Positions 17,909-28,397 of a stretch of 40,357 bases of DNA are shown here, in pieces. Position 1 is the first letter of the stretch; the number at the start of each line of letters is the position of its first letter. This DNA comes from Candidatus Moraniibacteriota bacterium (GTDB lineage: Bacteria; Patescibacteriota; Minisyncoccia; JAHIHE01; JAGLIN01), in NCBI GenBank assembly GCA_030638895.1, contig DAOWDS010000029.1, forward strand, positions 1 to 40,357. The letters run 5' to 3'. The position numbers were made by a program, and so were the translations under genes. The notes beneath the pieces were generated by a model. The model made no database searches, was not told the DNA's origin, and saw nothing but the letters and a program-made list of their open reading frames with translations.

Positions 17909-19011
17909 AAAAACTAAGAATTGCGCAAGTGGTTTCACTTCAAGAAAGTGTTCCGCCAAAAGGCAAGAATGGTCTTGAATACGTTGTTCATTATTTAACA
18001 GAGGAGCTTGTTAAACGCGGACATAATGTGACACTTTTTGCAACAGAAAATTCAAAGACAAGTGCAAGGTTAATCGATGTTTTGCCATATCCTGCGGCAA
18101 AAAAAAGGCTGTTTGGATGGGGATCTACAGACTATTCTATGACAGCACTAACAAAAGCAATTGGTATGGAGAATGAATTTGATATAATTCATACGCATAT
18201 TGGACGGGTTTCATACTATTTTACAAATTTAATTAAAACTCCAATTGTTGAAACAATACACAGTCCGATTCATAAGATTCCAAAAAAGTATCTGCCTAAA
18301 AAAAATATCCAAGATAAATATTTAAAAGAAAGTAGGGCAAGATATAAAAAAATGCATCATGTGTTTGTAAGCAAAAATCAGAAAAAAAATGCTTTTATGC
18401 AAAATAGTGGAAGCGTCATCCATAACGGTATAGATTTAGGAGAGTTTAAATTTAAAAAAGATCCTGAGGATTACTATTTATATTTGGGATATATCACACC
18501 CGATAAAGGCGCACATTTGGCAGTTAGGTCCGCAAGAAGGGCAAGGGTAAAATTAAAATTGGCAGGTAGTTATAGATATTGTGAAAAATATTTTAAAGAG
18601 GAAATCAAGCCATATTTTAAAAAGGGGAAAATTGAATACGTTGGAGTTGTAAATCCAATTCAAAGAAATAAACTTCTTGGAGGCGCAAGAGCAATTTTGG
18701 TTCCTGTAGAATGGGAAGAACCCTTTGGCCTTATTATGACAGAAGCAATGGCTTGCGGAACTCCTGTTATTGGATTTAATCGTGCTGCTGTTTCTGAAAT
18801 TGTGAAAAACGAAATAACTGGATTTATTGTTGAGAATTATATGGGAATGGCAAGGGCGATTAAAAAAATAGACAAAATAAACAGGAATGAATGCAGAAAG
18901 CATGTGGAAAATCATTTTTCTGTTGAAAAAATGGTAGATGGTTATGAAAAGGTTTATGAAAAGGCAATTAGAAATTTTAAGAAACAACAAATATATGACA
19001 CAAAACATTGA
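17905..19011 (+). CDS. GT4 glycosyltransferase (tandem paralog)
   Basis: GHNVTLFA, HNGID, EEPFGLIMTEAMACGTP; ATGA overlap. Confidence 0.93.
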   Translation: MKKLRIAQVVSLQESVPPKGKNGLEYVVHYLTEELVKRGHNVTLFATENSKTSARLIDVLPYPAAKKRLFGWGSTDYSMTALTKAIGMENEFDIIHTHIGRVSYYFTNLIKTPIVETIHSPIHKIPKKYLPKKNIQDKYLKESRARYKKMHHVFVSKNQKKNAFMQNSGSVIHNGIDLGEFKFKKDPEDYYLYLGYITPDKGAHLAVRSARRARVKLKLAGSYRYCEKYFKEEIKPYFKKGKIEYVGVVNPIQRNKLLGGARAILVPVEWEEPFGLIMTEAMACGTPVIGFNRAAVSEIVKNEITGFIVENYMGMARAIKKIDKINRNECRKHVENHFSVEKMVDGYEKVYEKAIRNFKKQQIYDTKH

Positions 19012-19363
19012 AAAAAAAGAAAATAAAAAATCAAAGCATATATTATTTTTTGCATCAAAAATAATGGTTGTTATAACAATCATAGTAGGGATTGTTGGAA
19101 TATTAACTACTCCAGATTATACAAATAATTATTTTGCAGAAGAAAATGTTTTATTTTCTATTTTAGAATGGACATTAAGCTTTATTATTTCTTTGCAGAT
19201 GATTTTTCTTTCTATTGGATTTTTGGAGTATGCTATCGCTTGGAAAAATAATAATAGTGTGAACAAAAAAGAAGCTAAAGGAATTATGTTTTTTATGTTA
19301 ATTAGCATTGTTATAATCATAATTGCTTATTCATTTATGAATTCTATTCATGTATATATTTAA
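18995..19363 (+). CDS. Hypothetical membrane protein (3 TM)
   Basis: Three hydrophobic segments; ATG 18995 (MTQNIEK) chosen to minimise overlap with the GT4 gene. Confidence 0.65.
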   Translation: MTQNIEKKENKKSKHILFFASKIMVVITIIVGIVGILTTPDYTNNYFAEENVLFSILEWTLSFIISLQMIFLSIGFLEYAIAWKNNNSVNKKEAKGIMFFMLISIVIIIIAYSFMNSIHVYI

Positions 19364-19408
19364 TTTTAAAATTAAAATATTAAAATAATATTTATAAAAT
19401 AAACGACC

Positions 19409-21433
19409 ATGTCTAAAATATATTTTTTATTTGGGATTCATAATCACCAGCCGGTTGGAAATGATCCGTTTGTTTTTAATAAGGCTTTTGAGGATTGTTA
19501 TGGTCCATTTTTGGAAGTTTTGAAACAATTTCCAGAAATTAAATGCAATATCCACACGAGTGGGCCGCTTTATGACTGGATATTGAAAAATAAACCGCAA
19601 TATATAAAAGATTTGAAAGAAATGTCGAATAAGGGGCAGATAGAGATTGCGGGAGGAGCGTATTATGAACCCGTTCTTCCCATAATTTCCGATAAAGATA
19701 AGCTGGCTCAAATTCACTTGATGAACGATCTTATAAAAAAAGAATTTGGAAAAGTTCCTTCCGGAATGTGGCTTGCGGAGCGGATTTGGGAGCCGCAATT
19801 GGCGAGTATTATTAATAAGGCTGGTTTGAAATATACTTTTTTGGATGATGTTCATTTTCGCTCGGCTGGCATTTGTGATAAAGAATTAACCGGATATTAT
19901 ACGACGGAAAACAACGCGAGATCGATCGCTGTTTTTCCGATCAATAAAACTCTTCGCTTTAAGATCCCTTTTTCTAAGGTTGAAGAGTCCGTAGCATTGA
20001 TAAAAAGTTTTTCCCAGAAAAAAGATATTTTGGTCACTCTTTTTGACGATGGGGAAAAATTCGGCTCGTGGCCATTGACCCACGACTGGATCTATAATAA
20101 GGGGTGGCTGAAGAAATTTTTCAGTTTGCTTTTGAAAAATCACAAAACCATTGAAACTATTACAGCTTCGGAGGCAATGGAAAAATTCAAGCCGAAAGGC
20201 CTTGTTTATTTGCCTACTTCCTCATATCCGGAAATGGACGAATGGACAATGGAACCGAAAGAATTTTTATATTACAAAGAGCTTAAAGATCGTCTGAAAA
20301 ATTTTTCTGATTATAAAAAATTAAGAAACTATCTAAGAGCTGGATTTTTTAGGAATTTTTTTGTTAAATATCCTCGCGCAAATTATATGCACAAGAAAAT
20401 GCTTTATTTGAGCGAAAATATACATAAAAAGGCATCTATAAAAAAAGACAAAGAAATTTTTCAAGACCTCTACAGAGCTCAATGTAATTGCGGATATTGG
20501 CATGGACTTTTTGGCGGATTTTATTATGGAAATATCAGGTCTGCAATTTATGAAAATTTGATTAAAGCAGAAAAAAAATTGGATGAAAAGTTTGAAAAAA
20601 ATAATTTAGTGGCGCAGAAAGCTGATTTTGATTTTGATGGACTGTCTGAAATGGTTATTAAAAACAAACATTTGATCACATCGTTTTCAGATTATGGAGG
20701 AACGCTTTTGGAGCTGAGCTATAAAGACAAGAATTTTAATTTGCAAAACACAATCACACGAAAAGAAGAATCATATCACAACAAGATAAAAGATAAAAAG
20801 ACAAAGACAAGAAAAGGAAAGATAATAAAAAAACAAGAAATCATCTATGACCGATATGAACGATTGAGCTTGGTCGATCATCTCTTAGATAAAAAAATTA
20901 CATTAGACAATTTTAATAAACAGCAAAAATTTAAAACTCTTTCTGGTGAGATTTATAAATCTGATGTTGAGAAAAATGAAAAATTAGTTTTATTAAATTA
21001 TAAATATGATAAAAAAGATTTGGAATTCACGAAAAAAGTTAAGATAGGATTAAATACTGGATTAAATGTAGCATATAATTTCCAAAATGATGAAATTCTT
21101 AAAAAATATAATTTTGCTACAGAGTTTAATTTATTTTTTGAATCACTGCGATATGTTAAATTTCATACAGAAAAAGGGGAAACAGATTTAAAAAGAAAAA
21201 GAAAGTTCATAAAAATAAAAAGCTTGAAAATCGCTGATTATTTTAAGAAAATTTATTTGAAGTTTAGTTTTAACGAGGCGGATGTGTTTATCATGCCGGT
21301 TTATTCATTTGCTAATTCACAAGACGGAGTTGAAAAAGTTTTTCAAGAAGCATCGATCTTGTTTATTAAAAAAGACAAGGGAAAAGTGTTTGATTTGGGG
21401 TTGAAGATTAGCAAAAAAGAGAATTTACTATGA
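19409..21433 (+). CDS. GH57 alpha-amylase/4-alpha-glucanotransferase (DUF1925/DUF1926 type)
   Basis: HNHQPVGN, YYEPVL, GMWLAERIWEP (nucleophile), DDGEKFG (acid/base), YLPTSSY.EM, AQCNC.YWHG.FGG. Confidence 0.93.
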   Translation: MSKIYFLFGIHNHQPVGNDPFVFNKAFEDCYGPFLEVLKQFPEIKCNIHTSGPLYDWILKNKPQYIKDLKEMSNKGQIEIAGGAYYEPVLPIISDKDKLAQIHLMNDLIKKEFGKVPSGMWLAERIWEPQLASIINKAGLKYTFLDDVHFRSAGICDKELTGYYTTENNARSIAVFPINKTLRFKIPFSKVEESVALIKSFSQKKDILVTLFDDGEKFGSWPLTHDWIYNKGWLKKFFSLLLKNHKTIETITASEAMEKFKPKGLVYLPTSSYPEMDEWTMEPKEFLYYKELKDRLKNFSDYKKLRNYLRAGFFRNFFVKYPRANYMHKKMLYLSENIHKKASIKKDKEIFQDLYRAQCNCGYWHGLFGGFYYGNIRSAIYENLIKAEKKLDEKFEKNNLVAQKADFDFDGLSEMVIKNKHLITSFSDYGGTLLELSYKDKNFNLQNTITRKEESYHNKIKDKKTKTRKGKIIKKQEIIYDRYERLSLVDHLLDKKITLDNFNKQQKFKTLSGEIYKSDVEKNEKLVLLNYKYDKKDLEFTKKVKIGLNTGLNVAYNFQNDEILKKYNFATEFNLFFESLRYVKFHTEKGETDLKRKRKFIKIKSLKIADYFKKIYLKFSFNEADVFIMPVYSFANSQDGVEKVFQEASILFIKKDKGKVFDLGLKISKKENLL

Positions 21434-21742
21434 CGAAAAAATTATTACAAAAAACAAAAAAACCAAAAACCGCAATGACTGTTTCAGCATGTGATTGTTT
21501 TTGACATTAAAGGAAATGGAATTTATGGACCACTGAAAAAAGAAAATATGTATCCCACTGCTTCACTTTCTGGGGCAGGAGTAATAAATGGTCGTATTGT
21601 AAAGTGTATTTCGCCGGAATAGTTGGTTAAATTTCATATCGGTTACAAATTTCGCGATAGTGATTTTCAAGACGTCTTGGCTTTATGCGAGCGATTTAAT
21701 ATAGATTGTCCAAAAGAATATGTGAATGGCAAAAGAAATTAA
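21430..21742 (+). pseudogene. Remnant of an aminoglycoside/lincosamide nucleotidyltransferase (Lnu(A)/ANT(2'')-like)
   Basis: Not in ORF track. Frame from 21488 reads HVIVFDIKGNGIYGP..MYPTASLSGAGVINGRIVKCISPE*LVKFHIGY..DFQDVLALCERF..PKEY; TAG at 21620; short N-terminus from ATG 21430 is in another frame. Confidence 0.75.
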
Positions 21743-21744
21743 GC

Positions 21745-21795
21745 CTAGATTTTCGCCGGAGTTTATGCTGAATTTAGTTCAGTGCGAGAATGACA
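21745..21795. repeat. GAATGAC-ended palindromic element with a nested hairpin
   Basis: CTAGATTTTCGC...GCGAGAATGACA enclosing GCTGAATTTAGTTCAGT; reverse-oriented relative of 3974-4000. Confidence 0.55.
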
Positions 21796-21844
21796 GATTA
21801 AAATTTAATGTTATAATATAAACATAGATTTAAAAATACTTATT

Positions 21845-23656
21845 ATGAGAATCAATAAAAATTTATGGATTTCTGGAGGATATTACATAGATTTTGACGC
21901 TTATGAACAATTTCGCATTATCGGACCGAATAACCATCTTTATTGCGGGCTGATTGATATTCCAAGACATAAAATTACAATTAATGCAATAAAAGACAAG
22001 GATAATGTTTTGTATGTCAAAGGGCATTTTAACAGTCAAAAGGTAAATTTATATTATCCGGCAATGGACGACATGAGAACTGTCAGGGAAGAAATTGGCT
22101 CGGAAACTTTTTTACAAATTAGAGAAAATGTTTATGATCGGCTTGTCCCGCATTTTACAAGAAAATCAAAAAAAGACGGGAAAAATATTTTGAAATTTAA
22201 AAGAATGTACGGGAAAAAATATTATCAGACGATCTTTGAGTTTGATAACGATATTGAAATAAAAAAAATAAAAAAACCTTTTGCAGGTTTTGAATTAAGA
22301 GCTAAAGCAAAAAAAATATCTTTTACTATAAAAGCGAGCACCAATGATATAAACTATAATAAGATAAAAAAGGTTAGCTTAATTGATAAGAAAGATTTTA
22401 ATTTTCAAATTTTTGGAGATAAAAAAGATTTAATTGAAAAAATATGGTCTCAGACGGAGATTGAAATAAAACATTTGCTTGAATGGGAAAAAACTTCCGG
22501 TGATCGTTTTGGAACTATCTTTCCAAGAGACTGGATGGAGGCGGCGGATATAGGACATCATGATCTAATTTCCGAAGTCAAAAGCTATATGTATGAAGAG
22601 TCGTTAAAAAATGTAAATTCACGAGGGGAGGGATGGCATGAAGATGTAGTTGGGGAATTTAAATATGAGTATGAGATATCGGGGAAAGATATTTTAGACA
22701 GACATATGATTGATATTGAACCTCATTATTTAATGAATATTGAATATCTTTCTCAGGATTTTTGGCTCAAAAAAGAAAATAGAAAAAAAATGCATTTGGT
22801 GGCAAGGTATATTTTGCGACAGGCGAAAGCGAGGGGACATATTACATTCAAAAAAAACAATGATACGGGAAATTGGAGAGACAGCGGAGATGCTTTCAGA
22901 AAAGTTAGCGAAGTTATTGCGCCGTTTGATGTTAATGCTGTTTTTTATCCGAAAGCGCTTCAGTCTATAAAAGATAATTACAGAAAACTAGGATTTAAAG
23001 ATGATGAAATTTTAGGAATAAATAAAATATATCGCAAGTGGAAGAGCAAAAGAGATGAATATAAATTTAAAAACGAGGATGGGACAATGGCATATGCTCT
23101 CGCGCTTTATGGGATCACGGGAAAAGATGGAAAATTTGAGTATAAAAAAATGGCGTTGAATCATATTGATGAATCATATTTCTATACATATTGTGTTGGA
23201 GATAAAGAAGAGTTGAAAAGTTTTTGCGAGCGTCTTTTAAATCCGGATTATTTTTATACAAAATCAGGTCCGATTCTTGTCGCAAAAAAGAGTAAATATT
23301 TTTATTCGCCGCAAGAATATCACGGTTTGGTTATTTGGATCAAGCAAACCGCATTTGTTGTTTTGGGGCTTAGCAAGCATTTAAAACTTTCCATAATTGA
23401 AGGATGGCCTATTAGCACACAGCGGATAATTAAAGATACAATTTTGAAAATTACCGAGAATACATTAAATGCGGTAGAGCAAATGAGATCTATTCCTGAA
23501 GTTTATACTGATATTAATGGAAAACCGGTTCCATATTACGATTTGACTGGAAATAAAAACAAAGGAAGCGAAGTTCAGCTGTGGTCCGCGGTTGGAATTA
23601 GAAGAATTATAAGGAAATATTATGAATTATTAACTGATAAAATTTATGATATTTAG
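21845..23656 (+). CDS. (alpha/alpha)6 glycoside hydrolase, glycogen-debranching (amylo-alpha-1,6-glucosidase)-like
   Basis: FPRDW, NWRDSG, PFDVN, YHGLVIW, IPEVY, VQLWS; located in an alpha-glucan cluster. Confidence 0.65.
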   Translation: MRINKNLWISGGYYIDFDAYEQFRIIGPNNHLYCGLIDIPRHKITINAIKDKDNVLYVKGHFNSQKVNLYYPAMDDMRTVREEIGSETFLQIRENVYDRLVPHFTRKSKKDGKNILKFKRMYGKKYYQTIFEFDNDIEIKKIKKPFAGFELRAKAKKISFTIKASTNDINYNKIKKVSLIDKKDFNFQIFGDKKDLIEKIWSQTEIEIKHLLEWEKTSGDRFGTIFPRDWMEAADIGHHDLISEVKSYMYEESLKNVNSRGEGWHEDVVGEFKYEYEISGKDILDRHMIDIEPHYLMNIEYLSQDFWLKKENRKKMHLVARYILRQAKARGHITFKKNNDTGNWRDSGDAFRKVSEVIAPFDVNAVFYPKALQSIKDNYRKLGFKDDEILGINKIYRKWKSKRDEYKFKNEDGTMAYALALYGITGKDGKFEYKKMALNHIDESYFYTYCVGDKEELKSFCERLLNPDYFYTKSGPILVAKKSKYFYSPQEYHGLVIWIKQTAFVVLGLSKHLKLSIIEGWPISTQRIIKDTILKITENTLNAVEQMRSIPEVYTDINGKPVPYYDLTGNKNKGSEVQLWSAVGIRRIIRKYYELLTDKIYDI

Positions 23657-23681
23657 TTATAAAGATTTACATGTTTAATAT

Positions 23682-23789
23682 TTTAGAGGGGTCCAGCCCC
23701 TCCGCGCCAGCCTTTTATTTAAAGTATTCTTTGGCGCATAATGATGACTGTAATATATAATTAAAATACATAGGGACTAGACCTCTAAA
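23682..23789. repeat. Inverted REP-like doublet
   Basis: TTTAGAGGGGTCCAGCCCCT ... TAGGGACTAGACCTCTAAA. Confidence 0.6.
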
Positions 23790-23817
23790 CGCATAACAAT
23801 TAAGTATCTATATCACT

Positions 23818-24708
23818 ATGAAAAAATTAAAAAGAGCTCTTGCATTTGACATAGGCGGGACGAAAATTGCCAGCGGGATTATTGAATTTGAGAAAAATAG
23901 TTATAAAATTTTTGATTACCAAAAAATAAAAACTCCAAAAAAGAAAAAAGAGGTAATTCAAAAATTAATAGAGCTAATAATTTATTATAAAAAAGACAAT
24001 GATTTTGAAAAAATTGGAATTGCTACATTAGGAAGAGTTGATAATAAAAATGGAATTGTTATACGAGCAGGCAATTTAAAGGGCTGGGAAAATATAAAAT
24101 TAAAAAAAATAATTAAAAAAATAACCAACGAAGAAGTAAAAATTGATAATGATGTAAAATGTTTTGCTTTGGCTGAAAATGTTTTTGGGAGAGTGAAAAA
24201 TTATCACAACATTGCCTATCTTGCAATTGGAACAGGAATTGGAGGAGCAATTGAATTTGACAATAAATTGTATCGCGGGGAAAATAATATTGCTGGAGAA
24301 TTTGGGCACATGATTGTTGATTTTAATGGAAAAAAATGTGCTTGTGGAAATAAGGGTTGTTGGCAGCAATATGTATCAGGAAAAGCTATCGAAAAATTAT
24401 ATTTTGAACTTTATAGAGAAAAAAAAATGGCAAAAGAAATCGCGATTGATTCGACTAGGGGTGCTAAAAAAGATAAGAAAATCATAAAAGAAGCTAGCAA
24501 ATTTCTTGCAGTAGGCTTAGTAAATATTATTAATACCATAAATCCGGAAGCTATAGTTATTGGAGGAAGCGTTGTAAGGCAGGGTGAAATTTTGAAGTTA
24601 GCAAAAAAAAAGGCATTAAAAACAGTTTTAATACCAGGGAGAAAAACAAAAATATTAAAATCTAGACTAGGGAATGAAGCCACTTTAGTCGGCGCGGGGT
24701 TGTTGTGA
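23818..24708 (+). CDS. ROK family sugar kinase (glucokinase-like)
   Basis: DIGGTK, DNDVKC.ALAE, GTGIGG, GEFGHM, CACGNKGC. Confidence 0.93.
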   Translation: MKKLKRALAFDIGGTKIASGIIEFEKNSYKIFDYQKIKTPKKKKEVIQKLIELIIYYKKDNDFEKIGIATLGRVDNKNGIVIRAGNLKGWENIKLKKIIKKITNEEVKIDNDVKCFALAENVFGRVKNYHNIAYLAIGTGIGGAIEFDNKLYRGENNIAGEFGHMIVDFNGKKCACGNKGCWQQYVSGKAIEKLYFELYREKKMAKEIAIDSTRGAKKDKKIIKEASKFLAVGLVNIINTINPEAIVIGGSVVRQGEILKLAKKKALKTVLIPGRKTKILKSRLGNEATLVGAGLL

Positions 24709-24728
24709 TTTATTAATTATGGAAACAT

Positions 24729-25391
24729 ATGAAAATAGAAGAGTATTATAATACTAATCAAAAATCCAATAATGAGGATATGCGACGTGAATTGACAAAG
24801 AGCGAAAAATATAGAAAAAGAACAATGGAATTAAGGCGTGATCATGCAAAAACCATAGACAAGCTAATACAAATTGCTCAAGACGCAGGATTTGAAAAAT
24901 TGTATATTAAACCTTTTTATTGTTCTGGAAATATAGAAGTTGATTCTGAAATTAGCAGGCAAGCTGTTTTATTTTCTGAAGATGGTTTAGAAAATCATGA
25001 GATACTTGCTAAAATTGATAACAAATTTGCTTTAAATGGTGCAAGATTAATGATGTTGCATGAAAAACAACATTTTGAAGGACCTGCTGATAAAATGTTT
25101 AACGATTATATAGAAGAAGCAATTGAGTCTCAGACTAATTTACAAATGATTAATAAAAATAGTAAAGATTTTCAAGATTTAATTAGCGCGATAGCTATGG
25201 ATTCGGTATATACTGATATTATTTATAATGGAATGGAATGTTTAAAAGGAGGTGAACAATATGTTTTTTATGAAAAAAATTATAATTTTTTAAATTCTAA
25301 TATTATAGACAAGATACTAAAAAAAGAAAGTGAAATTAGAAAAGCATTATTGAGAAAGTATAATAAGTTTTTAGAAAATCAAAAAAAATAA
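24729..25391 (+). CDS. Hypothetical protein with HExxH motif
   Basis: 220-aa ORF; LMMLHEKQHF followed by EE; no family recognised. Confidence 0.65.
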   Translation: MKIEEYYNTNQKSNNEDMRRELTKSEKYRKRTMELRRDHAKTIDKLIQIAQDAGFEKLYIKPFYCSGNIEVDSEISRQAVLFSEDGLENHEILAKIDNKFALNGARLMMLHEKQHFEGPADKMFNDYIEEAIESQTNLQMINKNSKDFQDLISAIAMDSVYTDIIYNGMECLKGGEQYVFYEKNYNFLNSNIIDKILKKESEIRKALLRKYNKFLENQKK

Positions 25392-25437
25392 GTTAAATAA
25401 GTTTTTCATATCACAAAGAAAAATTTTATATAAATAT

Positions 25438-25465
25438 AAAATAATCCGCTTTAGCGGATTATTTT
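25438..25465. terminator. Bidirectional intrinsic terminator between convergent genes
   Basis: AAAATAATCCGCT-TT-AGCGGATTATTTT. Confidence 0.8.
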
Positions 25466-25518
25466 TATTAAGCTATTGTAAAAATATTATTAGATTTTAA
25501 TTAATAATTTATTTTTAA

Positions 25519-25546
25519 CACTATGATACTATGTAGTATCATAGTG
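25519..25546. repeat. Perfect 13-bp-arm inverted repeat
   Basis: CACTATGATACTA-TG-TAGTATCATAGTG. Confidence 0.75.
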
Positions 25547-25570
25547 CGGAATAAGTTTCTTTATTAGCTT

Positions 25571-26110
25571 TTAAAAACTATGGGACCAATAAACGTGTTT
25601 TTTATAATCATCATGCAAAGCATAAATGCTCTTAATAACTTTAATATCCAAGCATTCGCAAAAATATCCCATAGATTTGAGGCATCTTTTTGCGCACTCT
25701 TTTTCTTGATCATGTCGAAGGCATTTTCCGTTTTTATCAAATTTAAGCATATTTTTAAATCCTCCAGAAGCAAGTAAGACAGCTTTTTTATCTTTGAGCT
25801 TTTTTGAAAAATAAAAAGGCAAACATCGGTCCATAAAATTTTTCATCAATCCTGAAACATTGTGGAAATAGGTTGGGCTGGCAAAGACAATAATGTCCGC
25901 ATTCTCTAGTTTTTTGCATATTTTTTGCATATCATCTTTGATTTTGCATTCAAAAGTTGTATGGCAATTCCTACAGTCATTACAGGGTTTTATGTCTTTA
26001 TCTTTTAATAAAATAATTTCATAATCAAAACCCGTTTTTTTAAAAACGGTTTTTGTCATATTATATGTATTTTTTATTCGCGGACTGCCGACTATGCCTA
26101 TTGCTTTCAT
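25571..26110 (-). CDS. Flavodoxin-family / iron-sulfur flavoprotein (FMN_red)
   Basis: GSPR..NT, PCNDCRNC....C...DDM, FASPTYF..VSG.MK.FMDR. Confidence 0.9.
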   Translation of the reverse strand: MKAIGIVGSPRIKNTYNMTKTVFKKTGFDYEIILLKDKDIKPCNDCRNCHTTFECKIKDDMQKICKKLENADIIVFASPTYFHNVSGLMKNFMDRCLPFYFSKKLKDKKAVLLASGGFKNMLKFDKNGKCLRHDQEKECAKRCLKSMGYFCECLDIKVIKSIYALHDDYKKHVYWSHSF

Positions 26111-26136
26111 GGTGAGGATTTAAATTATGTTAACTG

Positions 26137-26222
26137 CGTTGGCTCCAGCCTCCTGACTGGAGCCTCTTGTTAAGTCTCATTGTAATTTATATAAAGTTCC
26201 AGTCAGGAGACACGGGACCAAC
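26137..26222. repeat. REP doublet (REPIN-like) downstream of RAYT
   Basis: CGTTGGCTCCAGCCTCCTGACTGGAGCC (26137-26164) and inverted degenerate copy GTTCCAGTCAGGAGACACGGGACCAAC (26196-26222). Confidence 0.85.
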
Positions 26223-26225
26223 ATA

Positions 26226-26766
26226 TTAAACAATCCTATCAACAACAATCACAGAATTATCATTCAGCAAATAATTTCTTGCGGATAAATATAGCCAATC
26301 CTCTAGTCTTATAACATAGCCTTTTTAACTGGATTATTATGGATATAGTTAAGCTTTTGTAAAAAGAATTTCTCTGATTCTATTGTTTCTGGATAGTTTT
26401 CTCTTTGCCAGATTTGAAAGGAAGTATTTTTCTTTTTAGAATAAAAGCTTTTTGTTAAAGCTGAGATATATTTTCGATTATCTTTTTCTAACAACTTTTT
26501 TGTTTGAGAAGTGGTAAACTTTTTAAATGACGCAATTATATCTTCTAAAAAATAGTTTTTTTAGCTGATACCAGACAATGAACACGATTAGTCATAATTA
26601 CAAATCCATACAAAAGCAATCCCTGGTTTTTCTGGCAGTATTTAAAAGTGTTTAGTATTAAATCAAAATATTCAGATTTTGTAAAAATATCAATCCATTC
26701 TATTGTCGTAAAAGTTAGAAAATGGATTTTGTTTTTGTTTTCTTTGTTTATTTTTGGTGTTGGCAC
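26226..26766 (-). pseudogene. REP-associated tyrosine transposase (RAYT, Y1 HUH), two frameshifts
   Basis: Three frames join: HFLTFTT..WIDIF..YGFVIMTNRVH / IASFKKFT..IWQ..Y..KLNYIHNNPVK / GYV...EDWLYLSARNY..IV*; slips in A-runs near 26559 and 26323; HUH reads RVH. Confidence 0.9.
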
Positions 26767-26786
26767 AGATATGATTTATGTTTTTC

Positions 26787-26820
26787 ACAAGTGGCTCTAG
26801 TCAGGAGACTTGAGCCAACG
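26787..26820. repeat. REP upstream of RAYT
   Basis: Reverse complement matches 26137-26170 at 30 of 34 nt. Confidence 0.88.
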
Positions 26821-26843
26821 AAGTTTAGCAATGCAACAATTCA

Positions 26844-28031
<1,188 letters not shown>

Positions 28032-28241
28032 AATATTGATTTTTAGCTAAGTTAAATTGATGCTAATAATTTCAATCTACCATAATTAACCAGCTTTCAC
28101 AAGAAAAAATAACTAGCTTGTCCTTTTCAAATATCCAAATTATGTCTATAATATATCAGTATAAAGTAGTTAGTAAGCATTAAGCAAAATTAGAACATAG
28201 CTTGATATTAAACACTATGGCAGTGTTATACTAAACTTTCC

Positions 28242-28348
28242 TGTCATTCTGAACTTGTTTCAGAATCTATTGTATACTACGTTTATCTTTAAAATAGACA
28301 AATATAATTTTGATTGGACGAAAATCCTGAAATAAATTCAGGATGACA
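28242..28348. repeat. GTCAT...ATGAC-bounded palindromic doublet (MITE/REPIN-like)
   Basis: TGTCATTCTGAACTTGTTTCAGAATCT ... ATCCTGAAATAAATTCAGGATGACA; each half is a hairpin and the halves are inverted. Confidence 0.8.
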
Positions 28349-28397
28349 ATGTTATTTCGTAATTTAAGGTAATATACTAAATACTAAACACCAACTA

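Noticed and set aside
26226-26766. Active IS200/IS605 element
   Set aside because: No tnpB; flanked by REPs as expected for RAYT; frameshifted with a mutated HUH motif
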